Positions 18,479-27,117 of a stretch of DNA of 54,587 nucleotides are shown here, one piece after another; the first letter of the stretch is position 1; every line of letters starts with the position of its first letter. The notes under the pieces were generated by a model that did not search any database, had not been told where the DNA came from, and saw only the letters and a program-made list of their open reading frames with translations. Location: assembly GCA_031283515.1 (NCBI GenBank), contig JAITBS010000077.1, forward strand, positions 1-54,587, in the 5' to 3' direction. This stretch comes from Planctomycetaceae bacterium. GTDB lineage: Bacteria > Planctomycetota > Planctomycetia > Pirellulales > Thermoguttaceae. A program made the translations under genes and the position numbers.

Positions 18479-18647
18479 AATACATTCTTTTTTGGAAAAT
18501 CTTGGGCATGGGCTTGTCATTTTGTTGAATTGCGTCTAAGATATTGACCTGATTATTTTATTTGGTGAAATATAGGAAATTTGGTGATTTTGCTCCGAGT
18601 GTTTTTGATTTAATTTTGCCCAACTTCTTTAGATGGTGTAAATTACA

Positions 18648-19034
18648 ATGAAATTTGACGACATCGTATTTTTAATTCCGCTTTTTGCTCAGGAAACTCC
18701 TCCGGCATCACCACCGCCAGGAGGCGGATTTTCTGTAATTCTGTTGATGGTTTCGTTTTTCTTTGTTTTCTATTGGTTGTTCATGTTGCGCCCGCAGCAG
18801 AAACAAGAAGAGAAACATCGTAAAATGTTGAACTCCCTTGAGAAAAATGACCGAGTTTTAACTGTTGGCGGTATGATTGCGGCGATTCACTCTGTTGACA
18901 AAGAAAAAAATGAAATTGTCCTAAAAGTGGATGATTCCAACGGGACAAAAATTAAATTTCACCTTACAGCGATTGAAATGGTTTTTCCAAAAGATAAAGA
19001 CAAAGATAAAGATGCTGATAAAACCAATAAGTAA
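18648..19034 (+). CDS. yajC: Preprotein translocase subunit YajC
   Basis: Single TM segment, then RPQQKQ..H.KML..L.K.D.V.T.GG..G.I motifs. Lies directly upstream of secDF. Confidence 0.9.
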   Translation: MKFDDIVFLIPLFAQETPPASPPPGGGFSVILLMVSFFFVFYWLFMLRPQQKQEEKHRKMLNSLEKNDRVLTVGGMIAAIHSVDKEKNEIVLKVDDSNGTKIKFHLTAIEMVFPKDKDKDKDADKTNK

Positions 19035-19155
19035 AAAACTAATTACAAACCCTAACCTTACTAACATCAAAATTAAAACCGTCTGTTGTTTTGGACGGTG
19101 AAAAATATAATTACAATTTTCCATTCTTAATTTTTAATTCAATTTTCAATTTAAA

Positions 19156-22100
19156 ATGAACCGGATTTCTTTTCCAAGAATTCTCAATTTTGTTGCAGTT
19201 GCCCTGATTTTGGGATCGTTTTATCTACTGAGTTTGCCGAAAAACACAGCACAAGAAACTGCACCCGCAACGCCGACGGAAACCGCAACTCCAACGGAAA
19301 CTGTAACTCCGACGGAAACCGCAACGCCGACGGAAACTGTAACTCCGATGGAAACCGTAACACCGACGGAAACCGCAACTCCAGTAACACCGGCAACTGA
19401 ACCGCAACCAATTCCTGTTGTGATTCCTGCGCCGTCAACTCCGCCAGCGGTTAATTCTGCTCAGTCGGCGGAACAACCGGCTGAGGCTCAACCATCAACT
19501 CCCAAACCGGCAGAATCAGAGACAACCCCAGTATCAGAACCTGTATCAGAGACAACTCCGATTACATTCCCGATAGTTGACCAAGATCCCAACGCTTCAC
19601 CCGCATCATTTGAGAATGCTCCTGAAACGGCATCGAAACAATCGGAAGAAGTTCCGCAACCACAATCACCTGTACCGATTACACAAACAACCTCTTTTTT
19701 ATGGGGAGTATTTTTGTTGCTTGTATTGGGTTGTTTCTTTGCCGGTCATTATTTAGCGAAACACTGGCGTTTACCGGAACATAATATCAAGATTTTTGTT
19801 GTGATGTTGGCCTTTTTTGGGAGTATTACCGCGGTAACTCTTGGCTGGCACCGATTAACACTTGGGATTGATTTACAGGGCGGAGTGGTATTAATTTACG
19901 ATGCGATTCCAATCCGAACTTCGGGCGATGTGGATAGTGCTAATGAAACTCCCCAATCGCTTGATATGGACAAACTGACACGGGCAATTACAAAACGAAT
20001 CAACCCCGGCGGTGTCCGTGAAATATCGATTACGAAATTAGGAACACGTCAAATTCAAGTTGTGATTCCTCATGCGGAAGATGCGGAAGTGGCACGGATT
20101 GAACGGGTTATCAGCGAATCCGGTTCGTTGACATTCAGGATTCTTGCTTCCACTCTTTATGAAAAAGATAAGGATATTATCGCACGCGGTGAAAAAGAAT
20201 CGGGTCGGGATGTTCGGGATGCTTCGGGAAAATTGTTGGCTCGTTGGGTTCCTATTGTTGATTCGGAAAAAGCAAAGTTTGTCAATAATCCCGATATCAT
20301 CACACGACAACGCCATGAACAATGGGAAGTGTTGGTACTGTTCAATGACGGTATTGATATTACGGGCGAGTCGTTGACCCATATCGGTAAGGGAATGAGC
20401 GAAAAGAATGAACAGGGAGTTTCTTTCAGTTTCAATTCGGTCGGAGCAAGCAAGTTCAAACGTCTCACCAGTGCCAATCGTCCCGATCCCGCACAAGCAC
20501 GGCTAAAACGGCAACTCGGTATCATTTTAAATGATCAAATGTATTCCGCCCCAACAATTAACGATGTTATTTCCGATCATGGAATTATCACTTTTGAACG
20601 GCGTCAAACCGATGAAGAACGAATTAAATTAAATAAGGATATTGAAGAGTTAATTGATATTCTTACTGCTGGGGCATTGCCGGCGGATTTGAGCGAAGAA
20701 CCGGTGAGTCGGCTTTTGATTGGAGCCACGCTGGGAGCCGACACCATTCAAAAAGGTAAAATCGCCTTGATTATTTCGGCAATTGCGATTATGGTTTTTA
20801 TGGTTCTTTATTACCATTTGGCGGGATTAATTGCTTGTTTCTGTGTGATTACGAATACGGCATTACTTGTTGCGATTATGTTGGCACTCCATGCGGCGTT
20901 TACACTTCCCGGTCTTGCCGGTCTCGTTTTGACCATCGGAATGGCAGTGGACGCCAACATCCTGATTTACGAACGACTCCGCGAAGAACTGCTCGCCGGT
21001 GCCTCACTCCGAATGGCAATCCGAAACGGTTATGCAAAAGCGTTTTCCGCTATTTTTGACTCGAATATTACCACGATTGTTATCGGAGTTATTCTCTACA
21101 CGGTGGGAACCGAACAAGTTAAAGGTTTTGCGGTAACATTGTTTCTTGGTATTGCTTTGAACATGTTTACGGCGATTTACTGTGCGCGGGTGATTATGGA
21201 TGTCTTCGAAGCCCAACGTTGGATTAAAACATTTCACATGTTACAACTCTTTCGGCGACCCAATATTAATTTTCTCGGATCGCGGTTTTTCTGTATTGCA
21301 TTTTCGATAACACTTATGATTATTGGTCTTTCTGCGGTTATTGCACGTGGTCGGGGAATTCTTGATATTGACTTTATCGGCGGAGTTTCCATCGAAGTCG
21401 TGTGCAAAGAATCGCAAGATATCGGGCAAATCCGCTCCAAACTTTACGAAAAAGATAAAACAATTGCCGAAGAAGAAAATCGTTTAAACGATCTTGCGGT
21501 TCAAAACGTCCAGATGAATCTCAATAATGAACAAGATAAAAAAACACAAGAAAATACACATTTTATTGTTACGACCTCTATTCCGCAACTTGCCGGCGGT
21601 AAGGAAGTAAAACCGGAACAATATTTAGTTACCGTTCGAAATATTCTCAAAGAAACTTTGGGTGATGTATTGGTTTATTGTAAGTTGGATTACACGTTTG
21701 GAGAAACAACCAAAGTCGGTGAACATGATGAAACAACAATTCAACTGACTATATTTCCAACCATTAACCATGATGCACTTCATTCAATGATCGATCAGGC
21801 GGTTCAGAAAGCGGTTGCCGCCAAAGAATTGGAGAACGATTTTGCTTTTTCTATTTCGCGTGAAAATTTTATGGCAGGCAGTCAGCAATCCTATTCTGAT
21901 TGGACAGTCAAAGCACAAACGCCCAAAGAAATTCTCGAAAAGATTTTTGGTTCTTTGAAATTGGAAATGGATGAGATGCCGTATTTTCCAACATCAACAA
22001 CAGTTGGCGGCTCGGTTGCTTATGACACGCGTGTGGCGGGTTTAGCGGCGATTATTGCGAGTCTTATTTTTATTATTATTTATATATGGTTCCGGTTCCA

Positions 22101-22563
22101 TCGATTGGTTTATGGTCTTGTGGCGGCGATTGGGTTGTTCCACGATGTTTTGGTTGTTTTGGGGTTAATTGCGTTGAGTGCGTGGTTAGCGAATCCTCTT
22201 TCATTCCTGCAAGTTGAAGAATTTAAAATCGGTTTACCGGTTGTTGCTGCTTTTCTGACCATTATCGGTTATTCTATTAACGACACAATTATTCTTTTCG
22301 ACCGTATCCGCGAAAATATCGGCAAAAGTCCGGTTCTAACCGGTAAAATGATTAACAACGCAATTAATCAAACGTTGTCCCGAACAATCCTGACGTCATT
22401 AACAACATTTATTGTCTCGTTAATTTTGTATTTTTGGGGCGGTCAAGGGATTCACACATTTGCGTTTACCATTTCGCTGGGTGTTTTATTTGGAACGTAC
22501 AGTACAATTGGTCTTTGTGCTCCATTGCTTTATTGGATGGTGTGCCAAGACCGTGACCAATGA
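19156..22563 (+). CDS. secDF: Fused protein-export membrane protein SecDF with a long Thr/Pro/Glu-rich N-terminal extension
   Basis: SecD-like GIDLQGGVVLIY ... and SecF-like DFIGGVSIEV ... segments, each followed by multi-TM regions. Confidence 0.95.
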   Translation: MNRISFPRILNFVAVALILGSFYLLSLPKNTAQETAPATPTETATPTETVTPTETATPTETVTPMETVTPTETATPVTPATEPQPIPVVIPAPSTPPAVNSAQSAEQPAEAQPSTPKPAESETTPVSEPVSETTPITFPIVDQDPNASPASFENAPETASKQSEEVPQPQSPVPITQTTSFLWGVFLLLVLGCFFAGHYLAKHWRLPEHNIKIFVVMLAFFGSITAVTLGWHRLTLGIDLQGGVVLIYDAIPIRTSGDVDSANETPQSLDMDKLTRAITKRINPGGVREISITKLGTRQIQVVIPHAEDAEVARIERVISESGSLTFRILASTLYEKDKDIIARGEKESGRDVRDASGKLLARWVPIVDSEKAKFVNNPDIITRQRHEQWEVLVLFNDGIDITGESLTHIGKGMSEKNEQGVSFSFNSVGASKFKRLTSANRPDPAQARLKRQLGIILNDQMYSAPTINDVISDHGIITFERRQTDEERIKLNKDIEELIDILTAGALPADLSEEPVSRLLIGATLGADTIQKGKIALIISAIAIMVFMVLYYHLAGLIACFCVITNTALLVAIMLALHAAFTLPGLAGLVLTIGMAVDANILIYERLREELLAGASLRMAIRNGYAKAFSAIFDSNITTIVIGVILYTVGTEQVKGFAVTLFLGIALNMFTAIYCARVIMDVFEAQRWIKTFHMLQLFRRPNINFLGSRFFCIAFSITLMIIGLSAVIARGRGILDIDFIGGVSIEVVCKESQDIGQIRSKLYEKDKTIAEEENRLNDLAVQNVQMNLNNEQDKKTQENTHFIVTTSIPQLAGGKEVKPEQYLVTVRNILKETLGDVLVYCKLDYTFGETTKVGEHDETTIQLTIFPTINHDALHSMIDQAVQKAVAAKELENDFAFSISRENFMAGSQQSYSDWTVKAQTPKEILEKIFGSLKLEMDEMPYFPTSTTVGGSVAYDTRVAGLAAIIASLIFIIIYIWFRFHRLVYGLVAAIGLFHDVLVVLGLIALSAWLANPLSFLQVEEFKIGLPVVAAFLTIIGYSINDTIILFDRIRENIGKSPVLTGKMINNAINQTLSRTILTSLTTFIVSLILYFWGGQGIHTFAFTISLGVLFGTYSTIGLCAPLLYWMVCQDRDQ

Positions 22564-22590
22564 ATCTAAAAAAGAATTTCCGTAATGGTT

Positions 22591-22763
22591 ATAATAATTC
22601 AGTGAAATTTTTGTTTTTCGATTTTCACCCCGAAGGGTTCGATTTTCACCCCGAAGGGGCGGCATTTTCATAACCGCAGGTCAAGCGAAGCGCGACCTAC
22701 GGTCAATGTCTTTTCCTCAACATCGCCTGAAAGGCGAAACGGAACAATCCCATGATATATTAC
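22591..22763. mobile_element. MITE-like hairpin-module element with degenerate termini
   Basis: ATAATAATTCAGTGAAAT ... TCCCATGATATATTAC. Tandem TTCGATTTTCACCCCGAAGGG x2, plus AGGTC..GACCT and CGCCTGAAAGGCG hairpins. Confidence 0.5.
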
Positions 22764-22791
22764 TTGACTTGTTGTTTGATTTGAGAAAATT

Positions 22792-24120
22792 GTGTATCAA
22801 TCTATTATTCCACTTAACGGCATTTTGGATGCGGAGATTGTTTTGCCCGGTTCCAAAAGTATGACTAATCGGGCGTTAATTCTGGCGGTGCTGTCGGAAG
22901 GGACAACACTGTTGGAAGGCGTGCTTGATTCAGAAGACACCCAAGTTCTTTTCGAAGCTCTGCGCCAACTCGGTTTGGAAATAGAACATCATTCCAAACT
23001 CCAACAAATCCGCATAACCGGAACACATGGAATTTTTCCCAATCGGTTTGCGGAAATTTATGTCGGTAACAGTGGAACTACTGCACGGTTTTTAACAGCG
23101 TTGCTGGCTTTTTCCGATGGAAAATACCGTATTTACGGCAAACCGCGTATGCACGAACGCCCAATCCGTGATTTGGTTGACGCATTACAATCCTTAGGAG
23201 CGAAGATTTGTTACGATGAAAAGATTGGTTTTCCTCCCTTGTCTTTTTCCAGTTCCGGTCAACAAATTCCCGTAACTGTTTCCGGTACGAACCGAACCCA
23301 AAGTGCAACTGTTTCCGGTTCTGTTTCCAGCCAATTTCTAAGTGCCTTGCTCATGGCGGCGCCATTGGCTGCTCAATCGTGTGATATTGAACTCCATGTC
23401 GCGGGAAATCTTGTTTCAAAACCTTATATCCGTATGACTCTTGAAATGATGAAATCGTTTGGTGTTATAACGGAAATGGTTGGTGATTTCAAGACATTCC
23501 GGTTTGCGATGGGAACTGCCTATCGAACACCAAAAACATATCGTATTGAACCTGACGCTTCTGGAGCGTCCTATTTTTTTGCGGCGGCGGCGGTTTGCGG
23601 AGGTTCTGTTACGGTTCCGGGGTTGTCGCGGCAATCTCTGCAAGGTGATGCGGCATTCGTGGATTGTCTTGAAAAAATGGGTTGTGATGTTCAACGGCGG
23701 ATTGATTCGATTACGGTAAGCCGTTCAGTTGACAAACCGCTTCGAGGTATTTCGGTTGATATGAACTCACTAAGCGATACCGCCCAAACTCTTGCAACAA
23801 CAGCATTGTTTGCACAAGGAACCACAGAAATAACCAACATAGAACATGTTCGGTTTAAAGAAACTGATCGTATTACGGATCTTGCTCGAGAATTGCGTCG
23901 ATTTGGAGCAGTGGTGGACGAACGTCCCGACGGTTTGCGGATTACTCCGCCCAAACAATTAACACCGGCAACTGTTGAAACTTACGACGATCACCGAATG
24001 GCAATGAGTTTTGCAGTGGTTGGTCTGGGATTAGGTGGTGTGGTGATTAAAAATCCGGAATGTACTCGAAAAACATTCCCTGATTTTTTTAATCTACTGG
24101 ACAGTCTGAGAAGTAAGTAA
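22792..24120 (+). CDS. aroA: 3-phosphoshikimate 1-carboxyvinyltransferase (EPSP synthase)
   Basis: LPGSKSMTNRALILA, GNSGTTARFL, ETDRI and DDHRMAMSFAV motifs. GTG start. Confidence 0.95.
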   Translation: MYQSIIPLNGILDAEIVLPGSKSMTNRALILAVLSEGTTLLEGVLDSEDTQVLFEALRQLGLEIEHHSKLQQIRITGTHGIFPNRFAEIYVGNSGTTARFLTALLAFSDGKYRIYGKPRMHERPIRDLVDALQSLGAKICYDEKIGFPPLSFSSSGQQIPVTVSGTNRTQSATVSGSVSSQFLSALLMAAPLAAQSCDIELHVAGNLVSKPYIRMTLEMMKSFGVITEMVGDFKTFRFAMGTAYRTPKTYRIEPDASGASYFFAAAAVCGGSVTVPGLSRQSLQGDAAFVDCLEKMGCDVQRRIDSITVSRSVDKPLRGISVDMNSLSDTAQTLATTALFAQGTTEITNIEHVRFKETDRITDLARELRRFGAVVDERPDGLRITPPKQLTPATVETYDDHRMAMSFAVVGLGLGGVVIKNPECTRKTFPDFFNLLDSLRSK

Positions 24121-24639
24121 CTCTCTCTCTTATTAACCTTGTATTAACCGTTAAAACACATTGTTCAAGTAATCCGCAGATTATGCAGATTTTCGCCAAT
24201 TCTTTGTAACTATTCAGTAAAATCATTACAAAAGCACCTTATTTCCACCTAATTTTCCTAACAAAACAACCTCCATAGCAAAAAGATAATAACACAATAA
24301 TCTCATTACCTTATTGTTTCTTTTAATGAGGTTGGCGGGCGTGTTATCTATTGGCTACGGAGGTTGGTTTGTTATTAATAGGTAAAAATGAGGTTGTTGT
24401 TCGTTTGTTTATCAAAAAAACAAATAATAGTTAAGGTAATGTATAGCAACCAGTATCTGCAAAAAGATGGTAACTTTTATTAAATTTTATTATTTTTAGT
24501 TTGATACGTTGGGAGAGTTCACCATTTGACAGGGATTTAAGAAATGATAGAATAATCAAGTGTTTATTAAGGATGAAGTAATAGTGGCATTGGATGCCGA
24601 AAAATCCAATAACCGAAATTCGGTAAAGGAGATGATAAA

Positions 24640-24879
24640 ATGATTTATAGTATGATTTTTGGTTTTATGTTTGGTGCTAGTCCGTTTGCTTATATTATTT
24701 TAGCGGTGGTAGCTTTTTTATTTTTTGGTAATCGCCTGCCAAGTGTGATGCGTTCACTTGGGCGAAGTGTGGTCGAATTCAAAAAAGGTGTCGCCGGTAT
24801 TGAGGATGAGTTGGACGAAGCGGTTCGAACCGCAGACGAAAAAGCAACCGCAAAATCCAACGAAAAAACGGAGGTTTGA
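24640..24879 (+). CDS. tatA: Twin-arginine translocase subunit TatA/E
   Basis: AAAGGAG SD sequence. TM helix followed by FGNRLPSVMRSLGRSVVEFKKG. Confidence 0.85.
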   Translation: MIYSMIFGFMFGASPFAYIILAVVAFLFFGNRLPSVMRSLGRSVVEFKKGVAGIEDELDEAVRTADEKATAKSNEKTEV

Positions 24880-24880
24880 G

Positions 24881-25174
24881 ATGGGTTGCTATCTGTTTCT
24901 AACACCTACTCCGTTTCAGATTGTAGTAGTTTTGGTATTAGGGGTTTTATTTTTCGGTAAAAACCTCCCCGATGTTGCACGGCAAATCGGGTTGGGGTTA
25001 ATGGAATTGAAAAAAGGTCTGAATGAATTCAATGACCTGTCAAAAAATGTAACCAATCGATATTCCACCAAAAAATCCTCAACAGCAAACAAACCAACTG
25101 ATTCCAGTGACGAGGAAACAGAAAAATATGAATTGACCGGTACAAAGTTCGAACCGCCCACTTTCTCAGAATAA
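24881..25174 (+). CDS. Second TatA/TatB-family paralogue
   Basis: GGAGG SD sequence, and the ATG lies 1 nt after the tatA stop. FFGKNLPDVARQIGLGLMELKKG. Confidence 0.75.
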   Translation: MGCYLFLTPTPFQIVVVLVLGVLFFGKNLPDVARQIGLGLMELKKGLNEFNDLSKNVTNRYSTKKSSTANKPTDSSDEETEKYELTGTKFEPPTFSE

Positions 25175-25323
25175 ATTACCGAAACTAGTAAAAACTCAAC
25201 CGGTTAAATTTCAAGAATCAACATCTGTTCAATTTAATTAATCACACTTAATTCACCATTCACCTCCGTGTTGTACGTAATTTATTAACTTTTTAGATAA
25301 AATCTTGCTGTTCAAAAATACAG

Positions 25324-26355
25324 GTGTTTTTTATGGTTGTGTTTTTCAAATTACCGGTACAATGTGAACTTGCTCATCCTCACGATTTACTTGCACGGCG
25401 TTTTCTTCTTGATAAAGAGTTGATGGCGAGTTTGTTGAAACATTACGATAATACAGGTGTTGTTCGATTACTTGATCTTCAAGCATTACGGTGTGAATCT
25501 CCAACCACAATAGACAGCCAATTACAGGAAGTCATTGGCGATTTGCGCTTTTCCACAAAATTCAAAAACGGTGCTTATTCGAAAGTGTTCCTGTTTTTTG
25601 AACATCAATCAAAAAAAATTAAATTATATTCGCTTCACTGTTTACGTAAAATATTGGAATTTTACGAAGAATGGGCGGACAACCCTCAAAACGCTATCAC
25701 CGAAAATGGTAAATTTCCGTATCCGCTTGTTGTGGTACTTTATCACGGAGATATTTCATGGAGTGAAGTGTTGCAAATAAAAGATTTAATTGCCGTACCA
25801 CAAGGTGTGGATAGTAACGTGTTATGGTTCCAGATTATTGTAATTGATTTGTCAAAAATTCAACGCGAAAAATTACAAGGACATCCGGCACTCATTGCTC
25901 TTTTTGATACATTACAATCGTATTCGGAAGGAAAATTACCGGAAAGTCTGGAGCGAATCGTCGGATACTTCAACGAAGTTAAAACAGACCCACGAACAAT
26001 AGGTTGGCTAACTTCCATCGCCCATTACGTGTTGGCAGCCGCTAAAATCAGTAAAGATGTTATTGTTCGTGAATTTTCAAAAATTATAGATAAAAAAGGA
26101 GCTGAAAAAATGATTATGTCAACGATGGAAGAATTGTACACAAATGGAAAAATTGAAGGAAGGACTGAAGGCGAAGTTGAAATTTCAATTAAGAATATTC
26201 TTAAATTACTCAACAAACGCTTCAAACGAGTTCCAAAATCTATTTCGAGTGCTGTTAATTCTTATACGGATATTGTGGAGTTGGATTCCCTTTTTGATCG
26301 GGCGTTGGAATGTAAAACGTTGACAGAATTTGAACGAGACCTTGCGCACCGTTGA
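25324..26355 (+). CDS. Rpn-family recombination-promoting nuclease / putative transposase (PD-(D/E)XK, YhgA-like)
   Basis: N-terminal HPHDLLARRFL, DLRF....G....FLFFEHQSK, and a helical C-terminal module. The start (GTG 25324 or ATG 25333) is uncertain. Confidence 0.85.
   Translation: MFFMVVFFKLPVQCELAHPHDLLARRFLLDKELMASLLKHYDNTGVVRLLDLQALRCESPTTIDSQLQEVIGDLRFSTKFKNGAYSKVFLFFEHQSKKIKLYSLHCLRKILEFYEEWADNPQNAITENGKFPYPLVVVLYHGDISWSEVLQIKDLIAVPQGVDSNVLWFQIIVIDLSKIQREKLQGHPALIALFDTLQSYSEGKLPESLERIVGYFNEVKTDPRTIGWLTSIAHYVLAAAKISKDVIVREFSKIIDKKGAEKMIMSTMEELYTNGKIEGRTEGEVEISIKNILKLLNKRFKRVPKSISSAVNSYTDIVELDSLFDRALECKTLTEFERDLAHR
26110..26355 (+). CDS. Possible intragenic RpnS-like small ORF (same frame as the Rpn gene)
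   Basis: In-frame ATG preceded by AAGGAGCTGAAAAA. The same translation-initiation region heads the two downstream cassettes. Confidence 0.4.
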   Translation: MIMSTMEELYTNGKIEGRTEGEVEISIKNILKLLNKRFKRVPKSISSAVNSYTDIVELDSLFDRALECKTLTEFERDLAHR

Positions 26356-26424
26356 AATCATTGTGATATTTCCTGCTGGAAAGTTCAGAACGAATTGTCG
26401 AATACTTTGCAAGGAGCTGAAAAA

Positions 26425-26730
26425 ATGATTATGTCAACGATGGAAGAATTGTACACGAATGGAAAAATTGAAGGCTGGACTGAAGGAAGAATTGAAGGAA
26501 AAATCGAAGGAAGAATCGAAGGAAGAATTGAAGGAAGAATTGAAGGCGAAGTTGAAATTTCAATTAAGAATATTCTTAAATTACTCAACAAACGCTTCAA
26601 ACGAGTTCCAAAATCTATTTCGAGTGCTGTTAATTCTTATACGGATATTGTGGTGTTGGATTCCCTTTTTGATCGGGCGTTGGAATGTAAAACGTTGACA
26701 GAATTTGAACGAGACCTTGCGCATCGTTGA
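26425..26730 (+). CDS. Free-standing copy of the Rpn C-terminal module (RpnS-like), 7 tetrapeptide repeats
   Basis: Near-identical to 26110-26355 except for a 60-bp repeat expansion. Has its own AAGGAG-N8-ATG. Confidence 0.6.
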   Translation: MIMSTMEELYTNGKIEGWTEGRIEGKIEGRIEGRIEGRIEGEVEISIKNILKLLNKRFKRVPKSISSAVNSYTDIVVLDSLFDRALECKTLTEFERDLAHR

Positions 26731-26799
26731 AATCATTGTGATATTTCCTGCTGGAAAGTTCAGAACGAATTGTCGAATACTTTGCAAGGAGCTGAAAAA

Positions 26800-27033
26800 A
26801 TGATTATGTCAACGATGGAAGAATTGTACACGAATGGAAGAATTGAAGGCGAAGTTGAAATTTCAATTAAGAATATTCTTAAATTACTCAACAAACGCTT
26901 CAAACGAGTTCCAGAATCGATTTCGAGTGCTGTTAATTCTTATACGGATATTGTGGAGTTGGATTCCCTTTTTGATCGGGCGTTGGAATGTAAAACATTG
27001 GCGGAATTTGAAGAAGGCCTTGTGTATTTTTAA
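26800..27033 (+). CDS. Second free-standing copy of the Rpn C-terminal module, 1 tetrapeptide repeat and a diverged C-terminus
   Basis: Same SD/ATG context. The last ~12 codons differ (LAEFEEGLVYF). Confidence 0.6.
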   Translation: MIMSTMEELYTNGRIEGEVEISIKNILKLLNKRFKRVPESISSAVNSYTDIVELDSLFDRALECKTLAEFEEGLVYF

Positions 27034-27117
27034 AACATTGTGATCATTTATACCCTTACTGGAAAATTTGTGTTGTTTTCAAAACACGGAGTACCATAAC
27101 AGTTTAATCTATTATCA

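Noticed and set aside
19184-19438. Antisense ORFs opposite the SecDF TPTE repeat
   Set aside because: They are low-complexity mirror ORFs within a confident CDS.
26385-26787. Minus-strand ORFs (71 and 68 aa) across the Rpn cassettes
   Set aside because: They are repeated only because the cassette is repeated. The plus-strand frames are homologous to the Rpn C-terminus and have SD/ATG contexts.
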